DNA of 25,702 nucleotides. Source: a virus. Taxonomy: Duplodnaviria > Caudoviricetes. Position numbers and translations under genes: made by a program. The notes under the pieces were generated by a model, which searched no databases, was not told the DNA's origin, and was given only the letters and a program-made list of their open reading frames with translations. Numbering within the stretch: position 1 is the first letter of the stretch; the number at the start of each line of letters is the position of its first letter. The stretch covers positions 1-25,702 of IMG/VR virus record IMGVR_UViG_3300030613_000030; one strand, written 5' to 3'. Positions 14,286-22,723 of the stretch are shown here, one piece after another.

Positions 14286-15341
14286 CTATGTGATGGAGGC
14301 GTTATACGGCAGAATCATCGCATTGGCGGTGACGTACACAATGTTTAACGTGGCTGGGTCGCGGATTGTGGTTCCAGTATTCACCGGTCTGAACGATGAC
14401 GGTACCCCATTGGTAATCGCGCCACTAGAAAGCCCCGTATCCGGCAGTCGCCCGCGAGAATGAATCGCTGTGGCCGAGGCTGCATTACCGACCGTAACAA
14501 AGGCTGGTTTATCAAAAATAGATGCATCCGATGAATCTAGTAGTGAAAAAACGGGAGGAGCGTCTAGGGCTGGGAACTGCGCCGCAACCCCGTTGTAGGC
14601 GGTAGTTGAGCCGCCGCACGACGCAGTAAGAGCGGCGCGAAGATAAAGCCAAGCGCCCGCAAATGGAAACTGACCCCCAGCAGTGTAGGAGGACATGCTA
14701 TGTCCATAAAACGGGCACTGGTCATTGCTCTTGACACCGACCGGCTGGAACATCATCTGCCCGAGACAGAACTCTCCTAAGATTGTCTCCCCGAACCAGA
14801 AGTCGCCGCTAGTACTTAGATTGCCGTAGTATCGACGCGGATTGATGAAATCGGTAGAGTTGTCGGCAGCGACATTCGTCTGAAGTGAGTTAACAAACGC
14901 AATAATCGACATGGTAGGGTCTGTGGTTGCGCTTCCGCCGGTGGGCGTTCCAAGACCCGCTGTAACAAGCACTCGGCCAGTACAGGCCGCACCCCACCCT
15001 CGATTAGATAACAGAAGGTAGACATTGAAGACGGTGATTCCTATAGTCCACTGGCGCGTCAACACCATCCAGCCGTGAGCCCCAGAGCCGACCGGCGAGT
15101 TAGGAATCTTGGTTGCGTCATAGATGTTCGTCCAGCGGTCAACGCCGTCGCCTGGTGTGCCGGTGCCCGGAGCGGTACCGTCGCTTGAATAGTAGACAGT
15201 ATAGAGCCCCAAGGTTGCTCCATGACGGCCGAGGAGCATTTGAGCTAACTCCCACAGGTGCCGAGCGGTTGCGTCCGCAGAAGAGACCGCAACACGCGGT
15301 CCTTGCATCACCATCGGTTGCCAGGTACGTTCGTAAGCCAT
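14286..15341 (-). CDS. Hypothetical virion structural protein, 351 aa
   Basis: AGGAG RBS and G/T/S/aromatic-rich composition. Lies within the tail operon. Confidence 0.75.
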   Translation of the reverse strand: MAYERTWQPMVMQGPRVAVSSADATARHLWELAQMLLGRHGATLGLYTVYYSSDGTAPGTGTPGDGVDRWTNIYDATKIPNSPVGSGAHGWMVLTRQWTIGITVFNVYLLLSNRGWGAACTGRVLVTAGLGTPTGGSATTDPTMSIIAFVNSLQTNVAADNSTDFINPRRYYGNLSTSGDFWFGETILGEFCLGQMMFQPVGVKSNDQCPFYGHSMSSYTAGGQFPFAGAWLYLRAALTASCGGSTTAYNGVAAQFPALDAPPVFSLLDSSDASIFDKPAFVTVGNAASATAIHSRGRLPDTGLSSGAITNGVPSSFRPVNTGTTIRDPATLNIVYVTANAMILPYNASIT

Positions 15342-15350
15342 GCGTTGCTC

Positions 15351-18300
15351 CTATGCTCCGATAAAGCTGACGAGCACATCGTTTGAGGGGTCCAAAATCA
15401 ATGCCTTCTCATGAGGCTGTACCGGGATAGTATCGGCGCTCGTGGTAGCTACGGGGCTCAACATGACCACTGAGGTGACTCCGTCGACTTCACGAACAGC
15501 GGCACTGACAGAAGAGATGTCAATAGGACCCGGAGTGGCCGAGTTGACTACCTTAGCGACAGCCGCTTGAACGCGGGCCACCACGTCGACAGCGCCTGAG
15601 CGTGCTCGAATAGCTAGCGAAACGATGATGCGGCGAATAAGTGGAGCCGACACGTCTATAGCTGCGCCAGCCGAGGCAACACCGGGGTAGGTGACAACGT
15701 CTCGCTCGTCGCCGTAGATAACCCGAGTGACCTCGGCGATGAGACCCGTATTGTAGCGGTAACCGTCTTGGCCCGGTACAAGGGTGGTCGGGAACGATAG
15801 CTTGTCTTGTAGTGTCAGTACCGACCCTGCCACAGCAGAGAAGTGCTCTGCGTTGACTACCGGCAGCAGGCCTAGGACCGTCTGCCCAACGTGCAGGTCG
15901 TCGGTTACTACGGAGCGTACGTTATAGAGCATTCGAGACGGTTTTTCTGCGAGCACGGTTACTAGTGGTAGCGAAGTGCCTAGCGCGCCAGAGACCCAGG
16001 AGGCGCCTCCTTCGATAGTGAACTTGGTGCGATTGTACAGGTCAACAGACAAAACCTTGTAGTTTCCTTGCGGGGCCGTGCCCAGAACTGCCGACGAAAC
16101 TCGTAGCGAATCGTTAGGTAGTACGGAATTGTAGGTGTAAAAAGCAACGTACCCGTAGTCGTGCAGACCTGGCTGGGCGTTGGGCGCCTCAACCATCAGC
16201 CGCTCAGTGCTGACGTTCAGCAGGCGGAACGTACCAATATTGCCGGCGGGAGCAGCTAGCAGACTGGAGTCATACTTGTCGGTGGCTGTAGATGCCACAC
16301 CCGCAGTCGAAGTGCTCTCAGAGACGATGACTTCACTGCCTGAAACTAGCAGGGCTGGTGCATACAGATGGGGGTTGATGGTGGCGGAAGCAAAACCCCA
16401 GGTGCCGGTGGTGGTGGTGAAGACTTCTACCGAGCGCTGAGCTAGAATGGCTGGCGCACCAACGCTCGGTAGGGCGGCGAGTCCACCCCATACGATGGCT
16501 AAGCCGTTCGGAATTGCTGCTCCGGAGGCAGCCGAGCGAGGAATCTGCATAGAACTCGCAGCAACAACGGTATTGGTCGAGGTGTCGTAAATCTCGCAGG
16601 TAGCCTTGGGGTTGGTCCATGTGTTAGCATCCACAGACGCTTCAGCGGTCGAGCCGCCAGCCACCAAGAAGGAGGCCGGAGACAATGCCACTACTGCGTG
16701 GCCGATGCGCGTGGCTCCAGCATCAATCCCGAAAGCGGTGTCTGCCATCCAGACAACGGCTGGGAGCGAGAAGGTCTCATATCCAGTGCCAGCACCACCA
16801 GCGCCACCGATAACTAGCAACTGGTCAGAGCCGTAGGCTTGGGCATGATGCCCACCACGCGCGTGAGCCATAGTCGGTCCAGCAACACAAGCGGAGGCAT
16901 CTAGGTTATAGATGTCCAGGGTGTTGGTGAACGTGGTTGCGGTAGTGGCTCCGCCCACTACCAACACTTCGCCTGTCGACATGACGGTCATCGTATGGTG
17001 CGAGCGAGCGACGTTCAATGTGGCCACACCGACAGCGGTCCAGAGGTTTGTGGAGGGGTCGTACACATAAGCGTCGGTGTGCCAAGCCAGGGCACCCGTC
17101 GAAAGGCCGCCCGCAAAGAGAACTTTGCCGGAAGCTAGCTTGACTGCCGCGCCGAAAGCCCTAGCCGCAGGCAGTACAGCCATCGCAGCCCACGAATCGG
17201 TGCTAGGCGTGTAGGCTTCAACAGCGTTGCTAGCCGCGCCTGTGGCCAAGTTGTGTCTATCCAGCCCGCCAATAGCCAGGACGCGACCATCGTTCAGGGT
17301 GACATACGAAGCGCCGACCACGGCCACAGTTCTGGCTCCAGCAACCTTCCACTTGCCGAGTCCTGGCTCAAAGTGCACCCAAGCTCCGCTGCCAGTCAAG
17401 GTGGGGGCATTGATAGCTGGATAGACCGTTTGGAACTTGCCGGCATTGTCCCAGAGCCACTGTGTCCCGAAACTGGGGTCGACAGGGAACGTCCAAGCTG
17501 AGCCAGCTACGCCGACAGTAACTACGCCCGTTGCGGCGGTCAAAGTAGTTGCGGCGGTCCAGTCTAGAATCTTAGGAAGGGCTACAGCATTGTCGAGGAT
17601 AGCGTAGGCGCGATTCGAGATGGTCTCGATGTTGTCGGTAGTGACGACCGAGGCTGAAATAGCTGTTCCCGAGTTAACTCCCTGTAGAACAGTGAAGCGG
17701 ACGTCGTTAGCAGTGCCGCCAGCTACTTGGACCGCTCCAAGTGAACCTAAGGTGCCAGTAGCAAGCTGCACCCGGTGACCGCTCGAAGAAGCCTGGATTG
17801 AGGCGCCGGTCGAGGCTAGTCCGGTGACCTGACCACGATTCAGGTAATCGGCTACGTTCTTGGAGGTCGTAGGGGCTAGGCGGAACTCTTCGTTAGCCCA
17901 GTCATTGGGGACGGCAGCAAGGGTTGCGTCGGGAGCGAGCTTTAGGGTGATGTCGTAATTAAGGACGCCCACGTTGTAGGCCGCGGAGGAAATATGTAGA
18001 GTGCTGTCGGCGATGATAGCCTGAAGAAGGGTGCCATCCACCTGTGAAATGACGCCGGTGCCGGGGCCACCAGCCAAAGTGGCGGTGACAGAGGAGGTTG
18101 CCAGAGCGTTAATAGCGGCTAGGACCGCATTCGTGGTGTTGGCGGTGAGAGGGTAGAATGACAGGTCCGTTGCGGCGACGACAGTCTTCCAGGCGGAGGT
18201 TAATGTGGTAGCTGCAAACTCGACCCAGTAGAGCGGGGTAGCGACCGGAATTGCGGTAACGCGCAGACGTGACACAGAGTCACTTAGAGCATCAACGACA

Positions 18301-21300
18301 GTCCAGTAAGCGGTGGAGGAAGCGGGCAGGGAAAGTAGGTCACCAACAACGGCACCAGTGAAATCTGTGGGGGTGGCTTGCTTGGAAACATAGGCACCAA
18401 CCACGCTACCACCAACAGCAGCGCCAGCCTCGGTATAGGTGAAGGTGTCGTTCGTGAAGATGGTGGTTGCGACGCCAACAATGGTCTTGAGACCGGAAGG
18501 GAAGTTGACGTCAGTCGTGTTGACATAGACCACGCCGGCTGGAGCGAGGTAGCTGCTAGTAACGGTAGCGGTCGGCTGGGTCAGAGTGACAGTGACCGTG
18601 GCTCCAGCCCGAACAATAGAGGTGAGCGCAAAGGCTGACACAAGGGTTGTTGCTGTCCCAGCGCCTGACTGAGCCATCAGCAACCCGTCACCGACAGTGA
18701 AGGTAATGGCTCTGGCAGCGCCGGAGGCGAGGTAGACCGATACGTCGCCTAGAGGTAGAACGTTCTTGACGCTCAGGGTGGCTGAAGCTGTCAAGGGCGC
18801 ACGCAAGGTCATGTGCTGGGTGTCGTCGCGGCCACACCAGGACTTTAGTCGGAGAAGTAGAGTATCAGTGCTGCCAGGCTGAGTCGCTGACAGGTCGAAG
18901 CGGCTTCGTCCGTGCGCGTGCAGGGCGAAGTTCGAGAAATCGAAGGTCGTACCAAAGGCTGACGCCAAGGACTGGGGTACGCCACCTACGAGATTGTCAC
19001 CATCAGTCAAGCGCAAGCTAGCTCCGTACGGAACCGCTGCGTCTACCTTGAGCCATCGGGTCATCGGGACCGTGTAACCCTTGGTGACTGGGTCGCTGTC
19101 GAAGACCACGCTCAAAGAAGAGAGAGGACCGACACGGAAGCGAGAGGTAATCGCCATCAGGTCGATTGCGGGGCGGGCTGGGGCCAGGAGGTGGTCGAGA
19201 ACCGGATTGGTGGCGGCAGTAGAGGTCCACTCGGCCTTATCGCCAGCATTGGTTCCCCAACTGGGGACGGTAACGGTAGGCTTAGAGAGTAGCCAGAGAG
19301 CGCCTTCGATAAATCCGCTCTTGGCCCGAGACACGTTGGCTAGGGTGCTGCCGATGGTTAGCGGAGGTGTGAAGGACGCTACGGCGAAGCTCTCGACGGT
19401 GTTAGGGGTGCCGATTTCAGAGTTACCAGATTGGACAGCCGCCGCCTCAGGCTCGTCGCTTTGGATAGCAGAACCCACCAAGAAGCCGAGCGTACTGGCC
19501 GCGGATAGGTCCTGGGCAGACAAGGCGATGTCGCCTGTGGAGGCGTAGGTGTTCGTGGTGAGGCGCAGATGCGAAGTTTGGATGGAAGCGGTTGCTCCAA
19601 TCGGCAGGATAGCTGCGACAAGCTGAGCCTGGGTGTAGACCCCCGCGGCTAGACCAATTTGCTGAGGCACCGCAATCGTCCGAACGAAGTATAGCCGGTT
19701 GAAGACCGATTTGGTGGGGTCGTTGAGGCTGTTGCCAGCGCCGGCAGTTGCGTAGTCGCACTTGAACCACGTTCCGGCCGGGTCAACGCTCGATACTCGC
19801 ATCATCGAGTAGGTGACTGGGGCGCCACCAAATCCGCCCCAAGCGTCTTGAGACCAGATAGCCATATCGCCAACCTGTACGTTGGTGAAGCAGGGCACGA
19901 ATGCAGCCCCGCTCCAAGCCCAGAAGGCACGGTCAGTAGCGGTCCAATACTGGTGGACTTGATGGGAAGCGTTCAGAGTGTGGGGTACGGCTACTGCTGT
20001 GCCATCGACCGTCAACCACAGGTTGAGGCCGCCAACTGGCACGGTGACGGTGGCCCCGAGGGAAATCGACTGGATATACCCGCGAGTGAAGGACGTTCCA
20101 GCGGTTAGCTTGTCACCAGCCACTAGCGCATATGTCAAATCAATCTGGCCCCGATTGCGGTCCAGGACGTAATCAGCACCGCGTCCTTGAGCAGTCAACG
20201 CTAGAGCATTGAAGAGGCCTTTGATGGACATGGAGCAGGACGGGTCGATAGAGACGCTGGCACGGACAGAGAGACCTAGATTCGAGGTGAAAACCAGGCC
20301 ACCGCCCGAAACGGTGCAGGTGACCCCAGGAACCTTTGCATTGAAGATGGACGCCCAGGCAGACAGCGGTAGGGTAGAGGTTAGGGTCGCATAGCCGAGG
20401 CCTAGAGCGATAGCGTCCGCATCGGTGAAGGTGTAGGTGCTGTAGGGAGTACCGTCGACCGAAACGATTAGTGTCTCTCCCGAGACCATTGAGGTCCACA
20501 GTGTTTGGTCGTTGGACGCCAGCGAAGCTATCTGGCCATCCTTCGAGAGGAGGTAGTCGTTCTTGTAGAGGCGAAGAGCGTCCACTCGCCCACCCGGGAA
20601 TAGCAAAGCGAGGTTGGCATCGGTGCCAGCAGGGGTCGCTATGACCTCGATATCGTCGTTAACGTTGGCCTTCGCGAAGATAGCCACGTAGGTACCCGCA
20701 CCAGTAGTGCGAGCGGAGAAGGGAATTACAGGATTCGAGTTGATGCTGGCCGTGACTTCGTAGGCGGTGGCGTTGGTGATGTCGCCGAAGCTGCCGACAA
20801 CGAAGGTGTGCGTATAGGTGACGCCGCCAACCTTCACGGTCAGAGTAGCCTGGTCTGATAGGGCGTAGGGGGCAGCCTGTACCGTGAGTAGGCTGGCCTT
20901 AGCAACCGGCTGGCCGTGATTCAGGAAGAAAATGTCCTCTCCGCCAACAGCCGAGTCCATAACGACCTCGTAGGCGATTCCAGAGTCCTTAGCTTCGTAC
21001 CCGGTTCCGTCGTCGATGACCAGCAAGGAGGGCAGGGTAGAGCGATTAACGTACTGCGAAGAAATGACTGTGGCAGATTCGTCTGGCGCCTTGACGCCAT
21101 ACGAAAACACGTTGAGGCCTAGAGTGGTGCCAACTCCATATCGAGAGCGTCGAGCAGCTTTGATGCGCTCGCGGTAGAGGTCGTCGTTTTCAACGTCTTG
21201 ACCATTGGTGATAGGGAGGGGATTGGTTACAGCCAGGCCCGCGAAAGCGGGTGAGGTAACCACTTTGATGCCGGCAGCGGAAGCGTTGCCGTCTGCACCC

Positions 21301-22019
21301 GGGACCTGACTGGACACGGGGACGTTTGCGATGAGGGTCTCGCCGTCGAGGATAGTGGCAGATGAGGTAGTGACGAAGGTAGCTGCGGTGCCCTGGTTAC
21401 CTACGGGGGTTCCGACAACTTGACCTGTAGCGATGATGCGGTCGCCACCTTGAGCTAGGGTGACCGTCTCACCAAGCCCATGAAAATTTGTGGTCGGGGC
21501 AGTGAGGGTGATGGTCCAGTACGCGCCGACGTTCGCCTTGGCGTTGTAGGTTAGGGGGCCTTCAAGATTGGGAGTGCCGCGACCCAAGAACACACTACCA
21601 GTTGCGGTGAAGAGGGTGGCATCAGCTACATAGATGGTGGTGCTCCCAGGAATTGGAGCGGCCTTGCCTTGATACACACGGGAAGTGATTTTGGTGAAGC
21701 CAGTATCTGATAGGTTAACAAGTCCGGAGGCGAAGGTCGCTCCGCGACGAGGAAGCCTCTCGGCTACGCCGATGCGGTCTAGGCGCTCGCCGTGTTCTTG
21801 GTCCAAATCATTCGCGTCAAGGAGAGAAAGGGTCTGTTCCTGCCCGCGGAACTGACTTTGACCTACCGCCTCAAAAATCGCTAGATACGGAGACCCCGGC
21901 TTGAGTGATTGGATTCCGGGAACAATACCCTTGGTATCTAGCTCGCTCAGGAATGAGCTAACCATCGACCCGACGAGTTGGTTCAGAGAATGGAAGACGG
22001 GTACGGACGAAGTGGCCAT
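15351..22019 (-). CDS. Giant baseplate J-like protein (2222 aa) with internal Kelch beta-propeller
   Basis: N-terminal baseplate-J motifs (GE.LDR.G....L.R.GAT.A.G; G.DGN; TNG.D.E.DD.YR.RI) and a C-terminal J-like end (V.EVDGV.SV). ATG 22019 is preferred over GTG 22025. Confidence 0.85.
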   Translation of the reverse strand: MATSSVPVFHSLNQLVGSMVSSFLSELDTKGIVPGIQSLKPGSPYLAIFEAVGQSQFRGQEQTLSLLDANDLDQEHGERLDRIGVAERLPRRGATFASGLVNLSDTGFTKITSRVYQGKAAPIPGSTTIYVADATLFTATGSVFLGRGTPNLEGPLTYNAKANVGAYWTITLTAPTTNFHGLGETVTLAQGGDRIIATGQVVGTPVGNQGTAATFVTTSSATILDGETLIANVPVSSQVPGADGNASAAGIKVVTSPAFAGLAVTNPLPITNGQDVENDDLYRERIKAARRSRYGVGTTLGLNVFSYGVKAPDESATVISSQYVNRSTLPSLLVIDDGTGYEAKDSGIAYEVVMDSAVGGEDIFFLNHGQPVAKASLLTVQAAPYALSDQATLTVKVGGVTYTHTFVVGSFGDITNATAYEVTASINSNPVIPFSARTTGAGTYVAIFAKANVNDDIEVIATPAGTDANLALLFPGGRVDALRLYKNDYLLSKDGQIASLASNDQTLWTSMVSGETLIVSVDGTPYSTYTFTDADAIALGLGYATLTSTLPLSAWASIFNAKVPGVTCTVSGGGLVFTSNLGLSVRASVSIDPSCSMSIKGLFNALALTAQGRGADYVLDRNRGQIDLTYALVAGDKLTAGTSFTRGYIQSISLGATVTVPVGGLNLWLTVDGTAVAVPHTLNASHQVHQYWTATDRAFWAWSGAAFVPCFTNVQVGDMAIWSQDAWGGFGGAPVTYSMMRVSSVDPAGTWFKCDYATAGAGNSLNDPTKSVFNRLYFVRTIAVPQQIGLAAGVYTQAQLVAAILPIGATASIQTSHLRLTTNTYASTGDIALSAQDLSAASTLGFLVGSAIQSDEPEAAAVQSGNSEIGTPNTVESFAVASFTPPLTIGSTLANVSRAKSGFIEGALWLLSKPTVTVPSWGTNAGDKAEWTSTAATNPVLDHLLAPARPAIDLMAITSRFRVGPLSSLSVVFDSDPVTKGYTVPMTRWLKVDAAVPYGASLRLTDGDNLVGGVPQSLASAFGTTFDFSNFALHAHGRSRFDLSATQPGSTDTLLLRLKSWCGRDDTQHMTLRAPLTASATLSVKNVLPLGDVSVYLASGAARAITFTVGDGLLMAQSGAGTATTLVSAFALTSIVRAGATVTVTLTQPTATVTSSYLAPAGVVYVNTTDVNFPSGLKTIVGVATTIFTNDTFTYTEAGAAVGGSVVGAYVSKQATPTDFTGAVVGDLLSLPASSTAYWTVVDALSDSVSRLRVTAIPVATPLYWVEFAATTLTSAWKTVVAATDLSFYPLTANTTNAVLAAINALATSSVTATLAGGPGTGVISQVDGTLLQAIIADSTLHISSAAYNVGVLNYDITLKLAPDATLAAVPNDWANEEFRLAPTTSKNVADYLNRGQVTGLASTGASIQASSSGHRVQLATGTLGSLGAVQVAGGTANDVRFTVLQGVNSGTAISASVVTTDNIETISNRAYAILDNAVALPKILDWTAATTLTAATGVVTVGVAGSAWTFPVDPSFGTQWLWDNAGKFQTVYPAINAPTLTGSGAWVHFEPGLGKWKVAGARTVAVVGASYVTLNDGRVLAIGGLDRHNLATGAASNAVEAYTPSTDSWAAMAVLPAARAFGAAVKLASGKVLFAGGLSTGALAWHTDAYVYDPSTNLWTAVGVATLNVARSHHTMTVMSTGEVLVVGGATTATTFTNTLDIYNLDASACVAGPTMAHARGGHHAQAYGSDQLLVIGGAGGAGTGYETFSLPAVVWMADTAFGIDAGATRIGHAVVALSPASFLVAGGSTAEASVDANTWTNPKATCEIYDTSTNTVVAASSMQIPRSAASGAAIPNGLAIVWGGLAALPSVGAPAILAQRSVEVFTTTTGTWGFASATINPHLYAPALLVSGSEVIVSESTSTAGVASTATDKYDSSLLAAPAGNIGTFRLLNVSTERLMVEAPNAQPGLHDYGYVAFYTYNSVLPNDSLRVSSAVLGTAPQGNYKVLSVDLYNRTKFTIEGGASWVSGALGTSLPLVTVLAEKPSRMLYNVRSVVTDDLHVGQTVLGLLPVVNAEHFSAVAGSVLTLQDKLSFPTTLVPGQDGYRYNTGLIAEVTRVIYGDERDVVTYPGVASAGAAIDVSAPLIRRIIVSLAIRARSGAVDVVARVQAAVAKVVNSATPGPIDISSVSAAVREVDGVTSVVMLSPVATTSADTIPVQPHEKALILDPSNDVLVSFIGA
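16270..17360 (-). repeat. Kelch repeats (about 6-7 blades) within the baseplate protein
   Basis: Repeated R.....L..G.VL..GG....YDP.T..W units, e.g. TLNDGRVLAIGG, KLASGKVLFAGG, MSTGEVLVVGG. Boundaries are approximate. Confidence 0.85.
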
Positions 22020-22066
22020 GAGCACAGTCCAATTATGAAGGGGGCGCTACAGGAGCCTGCTCCACC

Positions 22067-22074
22067 TAGATTAC
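22067..22074 (-). promoter_or_regulatory. Candidate late-promoter motif GTAATCTA
   Basis: Overlaps the HNH stop codon, ~48 nt upstream of the baseplate J start. Confidence 0.4.
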
Positions 22075-22688
22075 TTCCGCCAGTTGAGCTTGTCGCTCTT
22101 ACGGAGGTTGTCGATAGCCCACATCGGCTGTTGGTTGGTATAGTGGAGGACGGTTAGTAGCTGTTCACGGTTCGTGACGTCGATGCTGGCAAATGGAATG
22201 ATGTGGTCGATGTGCCAGCCGTGGACTCCGCGGTTGTCCCAGGTCATCTCTTCACCGGTAACTGGGTGTGGATAGAACCGAGCGGTCATGTGGGCTCGCC
22301 ATTCACCAATAGTACACCCAAGGTCCCGGACTGCTGAGCCGGCTTTATAGTTACCTCGGATAGCTGAGTTAAAACGAGAACGAAGGTCACGAATGAGTTT
22401 AAATTCCAGGTCAATAGCAAGGCGCCTCCTCACGTAAGCCGCCTTTGTAATTGCTATTTCCTCCTTATGAGAAACCACATAGACTGAGTGGGTAACTGCT
22501 ATTTCTTCTTTGTTGGCGGCATAGCGGGCCGACGCTTCTTCCTTGTGCGCTGCGTCGTAGGCTGAATGAGTAGCTAACACTTCTTCCTTGTTTGTCGCAT
22601 AATGAGCCGCGCTGCGAACCTTCCCGCAGGGTCTGCATTTGCCGCTAGGATATCGGTCCGTAGCTCCGCATTTTCGACAAGGCTTCAT
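22071..22688 (-). CDS. Free-standing HNH-type homing endonuclease
   Basis: N-terminal CxxC...CxxC, and C-terminal GSAVRDLGC...MTW.N.G..WHIDHI.P...HYTN.QP.WA.DNL.K. Confidence 0.85.
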   Translation of the reverse strand: MKPCRKCGATDRYPSGKCRPCGKVRSAAHYATNKEEVLATHSAYDAAHKEEASARYAANKEEIAVTHSVYVVSHKEEIAITKAAYVRRRLAIDLEFKLIRDLRSRFNSAIRGNYKAGSAVRDLGCTIGEWRAHMTARFYPHPVTGEEMTWDNRGVHGWHIDHIIPFASIDVTNREQLLTVLHYTNQQPMWAIDNLRKSDKLNWRK

Positions 22689-22723
22689 CCTAGTAACTTA
22701 TCACGGCCTCGCGACCGCCGCTA
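22689..22723 (-). promoter_or_regulatory. Leaderless extended -10 promoter candidate for the HNH gene
   Basis: On the - strand: TAGCGG, 17 nt ending CGTGA, TAAGTT, 6 nt, ATG 22688. It fills the whole intergenic gap. Confidence 0.55.

Noticed and set aside
22046-22057. GGAGCCTGCTCC-type hairpin near 22050-22063 as a terminator
   Set aside because: Stem is only 4-5 bp with no U-tract on either strand.
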